A stretch of DNA of 64,000 nucleotides from Eledone cirrhosa (Eukaryota). A program made the position numbers and the translations under genes. The notes under the pieces are model-generated. The model was not told the DNA's origin. It did not search any database and saw only the letters and a program-made list of their open reading frames with translations. Positions 43,155 through 56,032 of this stretch are shown piece after piece (the stretch's first letter is position 1; each line of letters begins with the position of its first letter). The DNA lies in assembly GCA_964016885.1 (NCBI GenBank), contig OZ024740.1, positions 209,932,001 to 209,996,000 on the forward strand, read 5' to 3'.

Positions 43155-43395
43155 GGCGGTGAATTGGCAGTATCGGTAGAGGGTTAGACGCCATGCTTTC
43201 TAGCATAGTTACGTCCCTTTACATTCTGAGTTCAAATCCCGCCGAGGTTAACTTTGCCTTTCATCCTTACGGGGTCGATAAAATAAAGTACCAGTAATGT
43301 ACTGAGTAATTGATGGCTTTGTGCCTAAAGTAGAAACAATTATTTCAATGTACTGGGTAATTGCTGGCCTTGTGCCAAAAGTAGGAACAATTATT
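43155..43395 (+). mobile_element. SINE A inserted into an older SINE A tail
   Basis: ATTATTTCAATGTACTGG is duplicated at about 43138 and 43339, and a second tail follows. Confidence 0.85.
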
Positions 43396-44019
43396 TCAGA
43401 CGAGGGGTTGGTATAAGAGGCAGTGGAAGGTAGGAATTACTTAGGGAGGATGGAAGGACTTGCAGAGTTTTAGTTACATAAATAGATATATTTGCATAAG
43501 CTCTATTATAACAAGGGTTAGCATCAAATATAGCAAAATCATAGTTACAAAAAAACTGTTGAAAAGAACAAGTATCTTGCTATTACTTTCTAGCTACTGG
43601 AACTTTGGTTTTTGTCTGTCAGTATCTGAATAAATAAATATATTGTCTGACATTCATATGTATTTAGGTATTTTGCCCTTTCATTACCATATTTCTAATG
43701 AAAGGTTGCCTATGATTTTTCAAATCATTTTGAATATAATCAAGATTTTGGAACTTTCTTACTAAGCATAAATGTTTTTACACAAAATAAGAGTGAAATT
43801 TTTTAGATATAAATACTTTAAAATAAACGATTTTGTATCATAGAACCAGGTGTGGTGGTTTCAGGCATTTTGGTATCAAAACTGTTAGTTACATTGTGAA
43901 ATGTGGCTCATGAGGTGTTTTTTGATAGCTTGTGATGAAGTATGAAATGACTGGTTTCATTGATATTTAACGCTTCTTCGGGATTCACTCCCCTTGTCCT
44001 TCCAAAATTACATATGATA

Positions 44020-44312
44020 GAAGCCGATGGTTACTTAATGTAAAAATGTAAACAAGTGTGTGAAGCCGATGGTTACTTAATGTAAAAATGTAAACAAGTG
44101 TGTGAAGCTGATGGTTACTTAATGTAAAAATGTAAACAAGTGTGTGAAGCTGATGGTTACTTAATGTAAAAATGTAAACAAGTGTGTGAAGCTGATGGTT
44201 ACTTAATGTAAAAATGTAAAAAGTGTGTGAAGCTGATGGTTACTTAATGTAAAAATGTAAACAAGTGTGTGAAGCTGATGGTTACTTAATGTAAAAATGT
44301 AAAAAGTGTGTG
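44020..44312. repeat. Minisatellite, 42-bp unit x7
   Basis: GAAGCYGATGGTTACTTAATGTAAAAATGTAAACAAGTGTGT head-to-tail with no spacers; copies 5 and 7 lack a base in AAACAAG. Confidence 0.95.
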
Positions 44313-44735
44313 CTGAGGCACAAACTCAGTTTCACAATGATATAAAGTTCGTGGTTGATCAATAATTACTAGAGAACCAATATAACATGGTTTAAGAATG
44401 AATAAACATCCAGAAACTATATAATATGACAACTGCAACCAGATGACATCTATTACCACCTTGTCAGTATTTGGTGCAGGTTTGTGGTTATTATGCTGAG
44501 AGGATTAGAGTGGGATGGAGAGAGAGAGAGAGAGTGAGAGAGAGAGAGAGGGGGGGGGTTGAAGGATGTGCTTGATTTTTATCTCATATCTTGTGTAGTA
44601 TGTGTCTGGTGACTGGGGTGGAATCTAGGTTTATGGATTGCGTTATTCATATGCAGTTGATCTTGCTGATCATACAGAGAAAGTCGAGGTTGAAACAACA
44701 CCAATGATGATGATGATGATATATATATATATATA

Positions 44736-44835
44736 CAGGGTGTCCCTCAAAATGTATACACACTTTGATTACCTGTACAGGCAATATTTATTAGAATGCT
44801 GTTGAAGTGTGAATACATTTTTGGGGGACACCCTG
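44736..44835. mobile_element. 100-bp Tc1/mariner-type MITE
   Basis: TA|CAGGGTGTCCCTCAAAATGTATACACACTT ... AAGTGTGAATACATTTTTGGGGGACACCCTG|TA. Confidence 0.85.
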
Positions 44836-45037
44836 TATATATATATTTATATTTAGCCGTCGAAACGGCTTGAGCTCAGCCGTCGGGCTCTTACTTACTC
44901 CTATTACCCACTCTACTACCCTAAGTATTGAGTACTTTGGTGCGTTATGGTCCACCTGGTTCCTTACCACTTTTCCCTCGCTATATATATATATATATGT
45001 GTGTGTGTGTATATAAATATATATATATATATATATG

Positions 45038-45076
<39 letters not shown>

Positions 45077-45086
45077 TATATGTATA

Positions 45087-45985
45087 TACGAGGTATGTCA
45101 GAAAAGTTCCAGGACTGATGTCACAAAAGATTTATTTCAAACCCAAACTTCACACTAAGAGTTTTCTCCTTCAAAGTAATCCCCCTGGAGTATGTAACTG
45201 TAATCTTAGCTCGCTGCAGTGATCAAACTTTTTTCTACATAATTTTATACACATGACCTGTTTCAGGTCGTCAAGCAATGAGCACAGAGCAGCGAAAAAA
45301 CTTGAAAGCTCCATCAGAAGCACTGGGATTGCTGCAGCAAGAGTATGGAGATGAGACGATGTCATGCTCACGCGTTTTTGAGTGGTGCAAGAGGTTTAAA
45401 GAAGGACGCAAGGACGTGGAAGATGACCTCAGGAGCGGAAGGCCCTCAACAACCAGGACTGAGGTCAACATTGAGCGCGTCAGGCAGATGGTGCGTAGCG
45501 ATCGTCGGCTGAATGTTCGACTGATGGCAAATGAGCTGGGCATGAATCGGGGCAGCGTCTGGAAGATTCTCACTGAAGATTTGGACATGCGGAAAGGCTT
45601 GTGCGAAGATGGTGCCAAAACTGCTGAATGATGGCCAGAAGGGTCGACGCATGCAAGTGTGCCAGGACATCCTCGAGCGTCTTGAAACCGAACCAGACTT
45701 GCTAGGGACAGTCATCACCGGTGATGAGTCATGGATCTTCGAGTACAACCCGGAGGGGACCCGTTTTGAAGACGTGGACGACATCAAAAAGGCCTTGACG
45801 ACAGAACTGCGGAGGATCCCGGAAGAATCCTTCCAGGAGTACATGCAAGCGTGGCAGAAAAGGATGGAAAAGTGCATTAGATTCTAGGGGGATTACTTTG
45901 AAGGAGAAAACTCTTAGTGTGAAGTTTGGGTTTGAAATAAATCTTTTGTGACATAAGTCCTGGAACTTTTCTGACCCACCTCGTG
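45087..45985 (+). mobile_element. Internally deleted mariner (about 900 bp) with about 100-bp inverted ends
   Basis: TACGAGG...CCTCGTG with TA flanks. Transposase relic: EQR...YGDETMSCSRVFEWCKRFKEGR.DVEDDLRSGRP, VPKLL, ITGDESWIFEY, fused by deletion to GTRFEDVDDIK...WQKRMEKCI. Confidence 0.92.
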
Positions 45986-45990
45986 TATAT

Positions 45991-46022
<32 letters not shown>

Positions 46023-46337
46023 GGATGTGTGTGTGTATGTATGTGTGTGTATGTGTGTGTATATGTATACATATATATTCATAGCTCATATTTTATTAGT
46101 ACTCTAGTAATTATTGCTATTGTCAGTGTCTGAAAGGACTTTCTATGTATCAAAATTCTGTTGAAAGATTAGTGTAAACAGTGAGTTATTTAGAGAATCT
46201 TGTTTTGAAGCAAGTGAGGAAATACGGTACATTTTTGTCTTTATTGATGGCAGGGGTCCACTAACAATCATGATAAGAGCACTGAATCTGTTTAAAATCA
46301 GGAGTCCAGTATTGGTATGGTATATATAGACCAGAAG

Positions 46338-46403
<66 letters not shown>

Positions 46404-46489
46404 TTGTGTGTGAATATTTATACATAAAAATATCTCTCACTCACTCTCTCTCTCTCAATATATATCATCATCATCACCGTTTTACATCC

Positions 46490-46543
<54 letters not shown>

Positions 46544-46899
46544 TTCACACACACACACACACAATTATTATTTAGAACATCACAATCAAGAAGAGTGGGA
46601 ATAACATTTATTGCATAATACTGACATGTGTTTCATTGATGTGTTACACATCAGTCTAGGATCGCTAATATCTGACTATTTCAATCAAATTAAATCAAAT
46701 CCAATTACTTAAAAAATCATATGTTGACACAACAAATTTACCAAATAAAATAATTTGACTGTTGAGTAAAACACTACTGTCAGCGGTCTCTGATTCTTGT
46801 TACATAATTAAATTAATTGATTACTCTAACAATCTGAATAATGTTATAATTCTATCTGTCTCTCTCTCTCTATATATATATTTAGATAGACACATACAC

Positions 46900-46932
<33 letters not shown>

Positions 46933-46939
46933 AACGAGA

Positions 46940-47200
46940 TTGTGTAGGTGTCACGGCAAAAAAAACACACTCCACGCTGTAATGTGGTCGTGTAGGTAAC
47001 ACGGTAAAAAGTTCCCAGTTCCACACTGTAAATGTGGTTGGTGTTAGGAAGGGCATCCAGGCGTAGAAAACCTGCCAAATAGTCCTATATGAGCGACACA
47101 CGGTCACCCAACCAACCTTGACTCAAATTGGGACAACTCCCATCTAACCCATGCTAGCGTGGAAGATGGATGTTAAACGATGATGATGATGATGATGATG
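46940..47200 (+). mobile_element. Family B RTE-type 3' repeat (further copies near 50968-51185 +, 55001-55250 -, 58755-59115, 62285-62610 +, 62617-62800 -, 62905-63170 -)
   Basis: GGTTGGTGTTAGGAAGGGCATCCAG...AACCCATGCTAGCGTGGAAGATGGA...(GAT)n. Confidence 0.8.
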
Positions 47201-47584
47201 AGATATATATATATATATATATATATGGGAAGAGGAATGCGATCTGGCAAGTTCATGCCCATCTCCACTACTGCTCCCTAGTATGTTCTTGTCAGCAACG
47301 TACCCCCTCCCGCTCCTCTATTGCTCCCCCCCCCCCATCTTCACATACCTTTCATTTGTTACATCACTAAGGTGAAATCCTACCACAACTGTTAGTGAAT
47401 TATTCAGAGAATCTTGTTTAGAGGCAAGTAAATATGAAACACTTTTGTACTTATGAGATATCTCTATAATTATTGTTGTTGCGTATCTAAGAACATTTAT
47501 AGCAATTATTGTTGTTACTCTTCTTGTTGTTGTTGTTCTCTGTCTAAGATAATTTCCTCTAATTGTTTTTGTTACTGTTATTTT

Positions 47585-48070
47585 GGCAGTATCAGTAAGG
47601 GTCGGACAGCATGCCTTGCAGCATAGAGTTCCGGTCCCTTAATGGTCTGAGTTCAAATCCTGCCAAGTTTTACTTTGCCTTTCATCCTTACGGGGTCGAT
47701 AAAATAAAGCACCAGTAATGCATTGGGATCGATTTAATCGACTTTCCCCTCCCCCCAAATTACTGGCCTTGTGCCTATATAAGAAACCATCCTTACGGGG
47801 TCGATAAAATAGAGTACCAGTAATGTACTGGTTAATTGCTGGCCTTGTGCCTAATGTAGAAACAATTATTATTATTATTATTAGGGCGGTGGATTGGCAG
47901 TATCGGTAGAGGGTCGGACGCCATGCTTTGCAGCATAGAGTTACGGCCCTTTGTGATTTGAGCTCAAATCCCGCCGAGGTTAACTTTGCCTTTCATCCTT
48001 ACGGGGTTGATAAAATAAAGTACCAGTAATGGACTGGGTAATTGCTGGCCTTGTGCCAAAAGTAGAAACA

Positions 48071-48110
<40 letters not shown>

Positions 48111-48316
48111 GCAGTATTGGTAGAGGGTCGGACGCCATGAGTTGCAGCATAGAGTTACGATCCCTTACGATCTGAGTTCAAATCCTGCTGAAGTTAACTT
48201 TACCTTTCATCCTTACGGGGTTGATAAAATAAAACACCAGTAATGCACTGGGGTCGATTTAATCGACTCCCCCCCCCCCAAATTGCTGGCCTTGTGCCTA
48301 TATAAGAAACCATTAT
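47585..48316 (+). mobile_element. Cluster of four head-to-tail SINE A copies
   Basis: Copies at about 47585, 47788 (truncated), 47884 and 48111, separated by (ATT)n tails. Confidence 0.9.
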
Positions 48317-48514
48317 TGTTGTTGTTATTGTTGTTGTTACTGCAGTTGTTGAGTATCCCTGTCCAACTTAGTTTAAGTAGACCTCTAGACATTTGGCATA
48401 ATCTATACTTATTTTATTGGAATTCCTTTTGTTGCTATCCTATATGTAATGTGAGCATGATATTCCAAGATTTAAGATATGTAAATTGTTGTCCATATCT
48501 TTGAAATTTGGCTG

Positions 48515-48975
48515 TTAACCCTTTTGATATGAAATGGTTAAAACTGTGTCTGGTTCTATGAAAGAAAACCACCCATTTCAAAGAACCCTTTAAAATGGAT
48601 GGTTTTCTTTCATAGAACCAGAAACAGTTTTTTATTAGAAATATGGTAACATAAATGTTACACTAATTAGAACACGCTAGAAATAGCAGCTAAATCTCTT
48701 TCAATTCACATTTCACCAGCTTTAAAAAAAGGAAGGACTCATTGGACAAGGTAGTCCTAGATATACAAAAACACAAGAAAGACCATCATTTCAATTAAAA
48801 TCTTCTGACATAATTTGACATAAGAGCATTTTGTTAAATTATATGAAAAATACCATCTTAATTTTGAAATAATAAATAACCTTAGTAAATTCCTCAAATT
48901 TAATCAATTAATCCAAATTCATTAATTAATTCAAATACAGTGTATTTCATTCTAAATATGGTAATGAAAGGGTTA
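48515..48975. mobile_element. TTAA-bounded MITE-like repeat (related fragments near 42270, 43675, 61046-61482)
   Basis: TTAACCCTTTT ... GAAAGGGTTAA termini; recurring CCCTTTCATTACCATATTTCTAATGAAA end. Confidence 0.55.
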
Positions 48976-49959
48976 AGCAGGTGAAAGTGCCTACAAAGAC
49001 AATTTCTCGTTAGTTTAGCCCTATGTCAATCCTGACTGAACATATAGCTGATCAAAGGTGTTCTAACCATGACAGTCTTTCTTGTGTTTTTGTATATCTA
49101 GGACTACCTTGTCTAATGAGTCCTTCCTTTTTTTAAAGATGGTGAAGTATGAATTGAAAGAGATTTAGCTGCTATTTCTAATTGTGTTCTAATTAGATTA
49201 ATCTTTGTATTACCATATTTCTAATAAAAAAACTGCCTATGATTTTTAAAACATTTTGAAAATAACCAAGAATTTGGAGGGATTTAGTAATATAACTAAG
49301 TTTCTCATTATGATGCTGGTGCTTGGAACATAACTTAAGAAAGGTTCTTACATAAAAATATGATGGAAAGTTTTAAAGATAGATATGGTATGTAAAGAGT
49401 TAAATTTAATATAGATCTTACAATAATTAAATATTTCTATTTGGAATTTATTAAAATCCATTCTTGCCTTAAACTTAACATGTATATCAACAACAATTTT
49501 AATTAAGCTTCTGTTATTATTTCATTTCCTGTTTCATTAATTTTTTCAATTGAGTTTCAATTAAATTTTGTTTTGTAAACTTGTTTGTAGCTTTTCTATG
49601 AGTACAAGCATGGCTGTATGGTTAACAAGTTTGCTTTGCAACCACATGTTTTGGGGTTTAATTCATTTGTGCAGCAGCAACTTGAGCATGTGTCTTTTAC
49701 TGTGACTTCAGTTGACCAATGTCTTGTGAGTGAAATTTTGTTGATGAATAATGTGAAAGCCTACAGTATATGTATATTTTTTCTTTCTCTTAATTTTGAG
49801 TTTATTTTTGACCAGCCACCTTCTTTGTGGCAAGGTTGTAAAGAAAAGGAAATTGTTGTCCCTTGTGTAAGCATTCATCCTTTGAATCATAAGAATGTCT
49901 TACAAATTTATAAGGTTCCAAATATCGCAGCCATTTGTAGCTTATGAATTAAGGAGTTA

Positions 49960-50945
49960 TGTTCTTTTTCCACAAATCTAGTTTTGGTCCAAGTGGGTCC
50001 TACTTTCTCTTCTACTTACTAACACTTTAGTTTTGGCTAAGTTTACTTTCAGACATTTTGTTTCTAAATTCTGTTTCCATAGTTGGAACTTATTTTCTAG
50101 TTCTTTAATGGATTCGGTTATAAGGACAAGATCATCTGTATAGAGAAATTCTCATGGGCAGCCGGCCTTAAACTCCTCTGTTATAGCCTGGAGAATTATA
50201 ATGAATAGCAGTGGGCTAAGAACTGAACCCTGCTGAACTCGTACTTGCACCTTGAATTCCTCACTAAACTTATTTCCTACTCTCACTGACAGCTCCTCTG
50301 TCAGTGAGAGTAGGAAATTATACATAATTTCCTTAAGCACCACCAGATAATCGTTCAAGCTGCTTTTTCAAGATCAACAGAAGCTAGGTATAGTGGCTTA
50401 TTTTTGGCTAAGAACTTCTCTTGTAGTTGTCTTACTAAGAAGAGGGCATCTGTAATACTTTTCCCAGGCATGAAACCAAACTGCATCTCCACTAATTTGA
50501 CTCTTTCTCTAATTAGTTGCACTATAACCCTTTCCATCACTTTCATAACTTGGTCCATTAGTTTTATTCCTCTATAGTTGCTCCTTTCTAGGGCATCACC
50601 TTTACCCTTATAGCAATTTATGATTGCACTGCTGCACCAGTCTTTGATTGCTTCTTTAACCCTATGGCTGTCAACTTCAATTGCTGGACCTTCTATTGGG
50701 TAGGTTCAGGTAGTTTCTCTTCCTTCCACTCATTCTCCACATTCATTAACCACTCATAGTAGCATTTCTAGGCTTCTTTCTTTTGAACATCAGTGGTGTT
50801 AAATGTACCGGTGTCATTTCTAACTTTTCCCTAACAACAACATGATTCACACTGGCACACTGCCTTACAATGCGGAACACTTCGTGTCTCTGATTCCCCA
50901 CGTCTCAGGATGTTGCCAATCTTTCTTTCTTCAGCCTCTCTCTGA
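49960..50945 (-). pseudogene. Decayed RTE reverse transcriptase fragment
   Basis: MDQVMKVMERV...MQFGFMPGKSITDALFLVRQLQEKFLAKNKPLYLASVDLEKA and VQQGSVLSPLLFII; stops and deletions present. Confidence 0.9.
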
Positions 50946-52081
50946 GCTGTTATATATATATATATATGTCCACGCTGTAATGTGGCCGTGTAGGTAACAC
51001 GGTAAAAACCTCCCAGTCCACACTGTAAACGTGGTTGGTGTTAGGAAGGGCATCCAGCCATAGAAAACCCGCCAGACAGTCCTATACGAGCAAGACAACC
51101 AATCTTGCCTCAGGTGGGAAAACTCCCGTCCAAACCCATGCTAGCGTGGAAGATGGACGTTAAACAATGATGATGATGATGATGATATATATATATATGC
51201 ATACACACATACACATAGATTCAGACATATGTTATATGCATGCATACAAGCAATAAATGGAAATATATGACATTTATGTATACATTCATTGTCTCATATA
51301 CCATGCTTATACACACTTTACTCATACATAATACCTAAAGCACTATTAAGCTAATGTTTACATATTCCTTAATACATAAGACAACTACTCGTATTAAGCC
51401 ACCAGCAACTGTCATATCTAAGAAGTCTCAAAGATATTTTTGTTTTTATACATTTGTATAATTTTCTAAGTTTTCTTTTTTCATTTCTTATCCATCCTAT
51501 AGTAGTCTGAGAAACAATTAGTAACATGAGAGTATTCAACTGATAGTCAGCGTGGTAACAATCTATGTTTACTGCTAAATGGTACTGAAAGCTTTTAGTT
51601 GATACCATAGGATTAACAACATCAACAGTAACACATATACAAACATACATACACACATACACATACAAACATACACATGTATATTTGTATATGTGAACAG
51701 AAGCATATATATATATATATATATACACATTCAAAGAAAACTCCAAATACACAGGCATATGATTGTATAATTGTACATAGGCATGGCTGTGTGGTTAGAA
51801 ATTCAGCTAAGCAAACATTTTCTGGGTTCAATTCCATAGTGTGGTGACTTAGGCAGGTGTCTTCTAACACAGCTTCAGTTAATACAGTTTTACGACTGAA
51901 ATTTAGTTGTTGGAAACTGTGTGGAAGCCTATTATATATAACAAAGAGGGTATGGTAAGATACCAGGTGGACCATAATGCACCAGAGTGCTCGGATCTAG
52001 CTGTCGAAATGGCCGGGGGCCTCAGCTGTCAGGGTCCTGGATCTTTTCATACACACACACACACACATATATATATTGTAA

Positions 52082-52400
52082 AGGCGCATGGCTAAGTGTT
52101 TAGAGCATTGGGCTTGCAAAGAAAAGATTGTGAGTTCGGTTCTCGGAGCAGGTGATGCGTTGTGTCCTTGAACAAGACACTTTATTTCACGTTGCTCCAG
52201 TTTACTCAGCTGTAGAAATGAGTTGCGACGTCACTGGTGTCAAGCTGCCATTGCCTTTCCCTTGGATAACATCGGTGATGTGGAGAGGGGAGGCTGGTAG
52301 GCATGGTGACTGCTGGTTTTCCACAAACAACCTTGCCTGGACTTGTGCTCAGAGGTGCAAATCCCATGGTCATTCGTGACCGAAGGGAGTCTTTATCCTT
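52082..52400 (+). mobile_element. Second tRNA-derived SINE family (CORE/V-like middle); degenerate heads of a third family at about 49607 and 51780
   Basis: A box TGGCTAAGTG, B-box-like GAGTTCGGTTCT, then GTGTCCTTGAACAAGACACTT...CTCAGCTGTAGAAATGAGT. Confidence 0.65.
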
Positions 52401-52850
52401 AGTGTAAACAAAGTTCCACACACTTAACACATATGTGCTACCAATGGTTTCAGGGTCCAGTCAAGCCCACCACAGTGTAATGGAGGAGGCACTTTTAAAT
52501 TGGCCCTTCATTCAGGCACATGGGCAAAAATATGAAAAAGGTAAATTGATGTCTCTAGGTTGAATTTCACTCCTAATAGTAGAGAGCTATATTCGATGAA
52601 TAGGAGGTAATTATGTGCTGAAATCTTTGTATGTAAATTTATCACATTTTTGTGGATAAAAGGGATAAGGGGATTAAAGGGAAATAACTCAGAGTTTATC
52701 AGGTAGATAATATGTTGTATGTAAATGGACACACGGACACAGGTGATGAATAATTAAGATTTAATCATATGGTAGACATGCATTTTCATGCATGGCCACA
52801 ACAGTATGGGTAGCCATACATGCATCCATGCATACATACATGTATATATA

Positions 52851-53230
52851 TGTAGCGAAATCTGTCCACACCTTGAACCCTAGGTGACACAGAAAGATCA
52901 AATTCCGGGTCACCTCCTTTTTGGCGTAAATCAGTTCATGCGTGGCGATTCCTCGAGGCGAGAAACAGAAAACGAGAGTACGTGAGAGAATAACTATGTA
53001 AAACATTTACCACTGGGGTCTACAGACTTTTACATACCTTTACTCTCTCTCTCCTGGTCTCAGATTACACCAACATCATAAAGCAACATCAAAAACATCT
53101 TCAACCGTTATAACTCTTAATAACCTATTCATTGTTCATTTATGAAGTGAAGTGAAGTAAATCTTTTATGTCAAAAGTAAACCAGCTATTCGTGTTATTT
53201 CTTCTAACGATAACTACTAACCACCTTCGC

Positions 53231-53234
<4 letters not shown>
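52851..53234. mobile_element. Probable solo LTR
   Basis: TG...CA ends with terminal inverted repeat TGTAGCGAA / TTCGCTTCA (8 of 9); 384 bp; TATA on both sides. Confidence 0.55.
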
Positions 53235-53302
<68 letters not shown>

Positions 53303-53833
53303 TGTTCTGTAAATGTTTTATAATTTTCGTACAATACATTTTTCTAGTATTTTCTTTATTACTTTCTATATTTAGAAATTTTAAATAAATTTTAAAATTA
53401 TGTCGTGCAATATTTAAATAACTTTTAACAACTTTTATTCTAAGGAAAATTGACACTACAACAGATGACTCTAGGTGCCTTATGAATAGATATGAGCACA
53501 GTACAGACCAAGGCCAAGGCCGAGAGGTCGCTAGTATATAAATACACACACACATATATATATATATTTATGATTGAATAATAATAATATTATAATGATA
53601 TAATTTTGTAGTTTTTTTATATATATATAATTAATGCAAAAGGAAAACCAAGGATGTTATTCAAATTCCGTCTTTAATTTCTACAATTGTTTCTATGGAG
53701 ATAATTATTTATGCCCTGTGGCTTTCACAGTCTTCATTTACTCGAATCTTAACTCATTGGAGTTTACTATTGGCTTGGATTCCTGCATGCTGTCAACTTT
53801 AATAGCATATTGAGCTTGATGCACCTTAACAAA

Positions 53834-54023
53834 ATAATTGTTTCTACTTTAGGCACAAGGCCAGCAATTACCCAGTGCATTACTGGTACTTTATTTTATC
53901 GACCCCGTAAGGATGAAAGACAAAGTCAACCTCGGCGGGATTTGAACTCAGATCGTAAAGGGACGTAACTATGCTGGAAAGCATGACGTCCGACCCTCTA
54001 CCGATACTGCCAATCCACCGCCC
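53834..54023 (-). mobile_element. SINE A with 13-bp TSD
   Basis: Full length; TTAACAAAATAAT on both sides. Confidence 0.92.
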
Positions 54024-54046
54024 TTTAACAAAATAATATTGGATTA

Positions 54047-54091
<45 letters not shown>

Positions 54092-54562
54092 ATATATATA
54101 TATAGCTGTGTAACTGGTGTATTAGAATGGAATCACCATATGCCTGTTTGTCATAAAAAGTGATTACAAGGAATGGCATGTAGAATGGCATCTGGCTGTA
54201 AAAGCTCCATAAGCAGCCATCTGAGAGGTCAGTAGATCCACTCCAATAATGACTTGTTCTGTCACGACCCAACCAAACCTTGCTGAAAGGGAAAGCAGAT
54301 GTTAAGTGATGATGATGATGATGATAACACTTGAGCTTCGAAGTATCTTGTTTAGATAAAACCAAGTGGATATTGCCATTTATAAATCTTTGTATATCAT
54401 CATCATCAAATTTAATAAAGAAATCATCAGGGTTTTCTTGATGATTTCTTTTGAATGAAACAGTTCTAGTCCTGTACAAGTCATTTCTATATTAAATTTG
54501 ATGTTTATACTCTACTAATGTATTGAGTACCTTACTTACTGTGGTTACCCCCGATTGAACTC

Positions 54563-54635
<73 letters not shown>

Positions 54636-54957
54636 TAAGATGACAGAAAGAAGTTCTTACATAGTCCTTACAATTTTGATTTGCCTAGTTCTGTATTTGA
54701 AGAAAAATTTTGTATCAAAACAATTGTAAGGATTGAACTATATAAGAAATTCTATCTGTCAATTTAATTTGTTTTATCTGCTCTGGTTAAAATTGCAGCC
54801 TTTCTTCTACCCTTTAAAAGTCTTCTCACTATATATCTGTGTGAACACGTTGAGCTTAAATCTTCTCAATCGCAATTTCTCTTCAAGTAACTCTATTTTT
54901 TCTTATATATTATTATAAAAAAAAACGTATATACATGTGTATGTATATATGTTTGTA

Positions 54958-55002
<45 letters not shown>

Positions 55003-55278
55003 TCATCATAATCACCATTTTACGCCCATTTTTCCATGCTAGTCTGGGTTAGATGGGTTGTCCTATTGTGGGCAATGCCAAGTTAGGTAACCATGTCTTG
55101 CTCATACAGGACTGATCTGGGTTTGGTTTCTACAGCTGGATGCCCTTCTTAACACCAACCTCATTTACAGTAAGTACTGGGTGCTTTTTGTCGTGGCACC
55201 TCCACGACCACTTTATATTGGAAGGAGGGCATACTGTCTATATGCTTCAGCTTTGGGGTGTGTGTGTATGTATGTGTG

Positions 55279-55315
<37 letters not shown>

Positions 55316-55382
55316 AATCTACAGATTCCTGTGTTTGTACATATTTGATACAATTTTGTAGTTACTTCTTCCTTGTATTATA

Positions 55383-55563
55383 TGGCAGTATCAGTAGAGG
55401 ATCGAACACCATGCTTTGACGCATAGAGTTACGGCCCTTGCCATTCTGAGTTCAAATCCCGCCGAGGTTAACTTTGCCTTTCATCCTTACGGGGTCGATA
55501 AAATAAAGTACCAGTAACGTATGGGGTAATTGCTGGCCTTGTGCCAAAAGTAGAAGCAATTAT
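55383..55563 (+). mobile_element. SINE A
   Basis: A box, B box, core and tail. Confidence 0.9.
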
Positions 55564-56032
55564 ATGTATGTATGTGTGCGTATGTATGTATGTGTGTATA
55601 TATGTATCTCTGTATGTATATATGTGTGTGTGTATTTAAATAATGAATATGTGCAGTTTGGATATGTTTTTTATGTGTCCATATATGTATGTATAAAAGA
55701 GAGAAGGAAAAAAGGAGAGAAGAGAATGGGAAAAAGAGTATGTGTAGGTGTTGATGTATGTGTGTTTGTGGTGGGTTACATGTGACTGTATTACGTATCT
55801 AAGAGTGTGAAGATCAGATCCTAAGTACATACATCTGTGCATAATATGGGTGTGTTTGAGTATATAGGAACACTTATGACTGAGTGCATGTGTTTGAGTT
55901 TATGTGTGTTTGTGTGTGAAAATGTGAGATTATGTGTGTAATGTGAAATTATGTGTGTATATGTGTATATATGTATATGTGTGTTGTGCATTTGTGTGTT
56001 GTGCATCTGTGTGTGTTGTGTGTATATATATA

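Noticed and set aside
44020-44312. 42-bp repeat array as a CRISPR
   Set aside because: Units are contiguous with no unique spacers, no cas genes are present and the context is eukaryotic.
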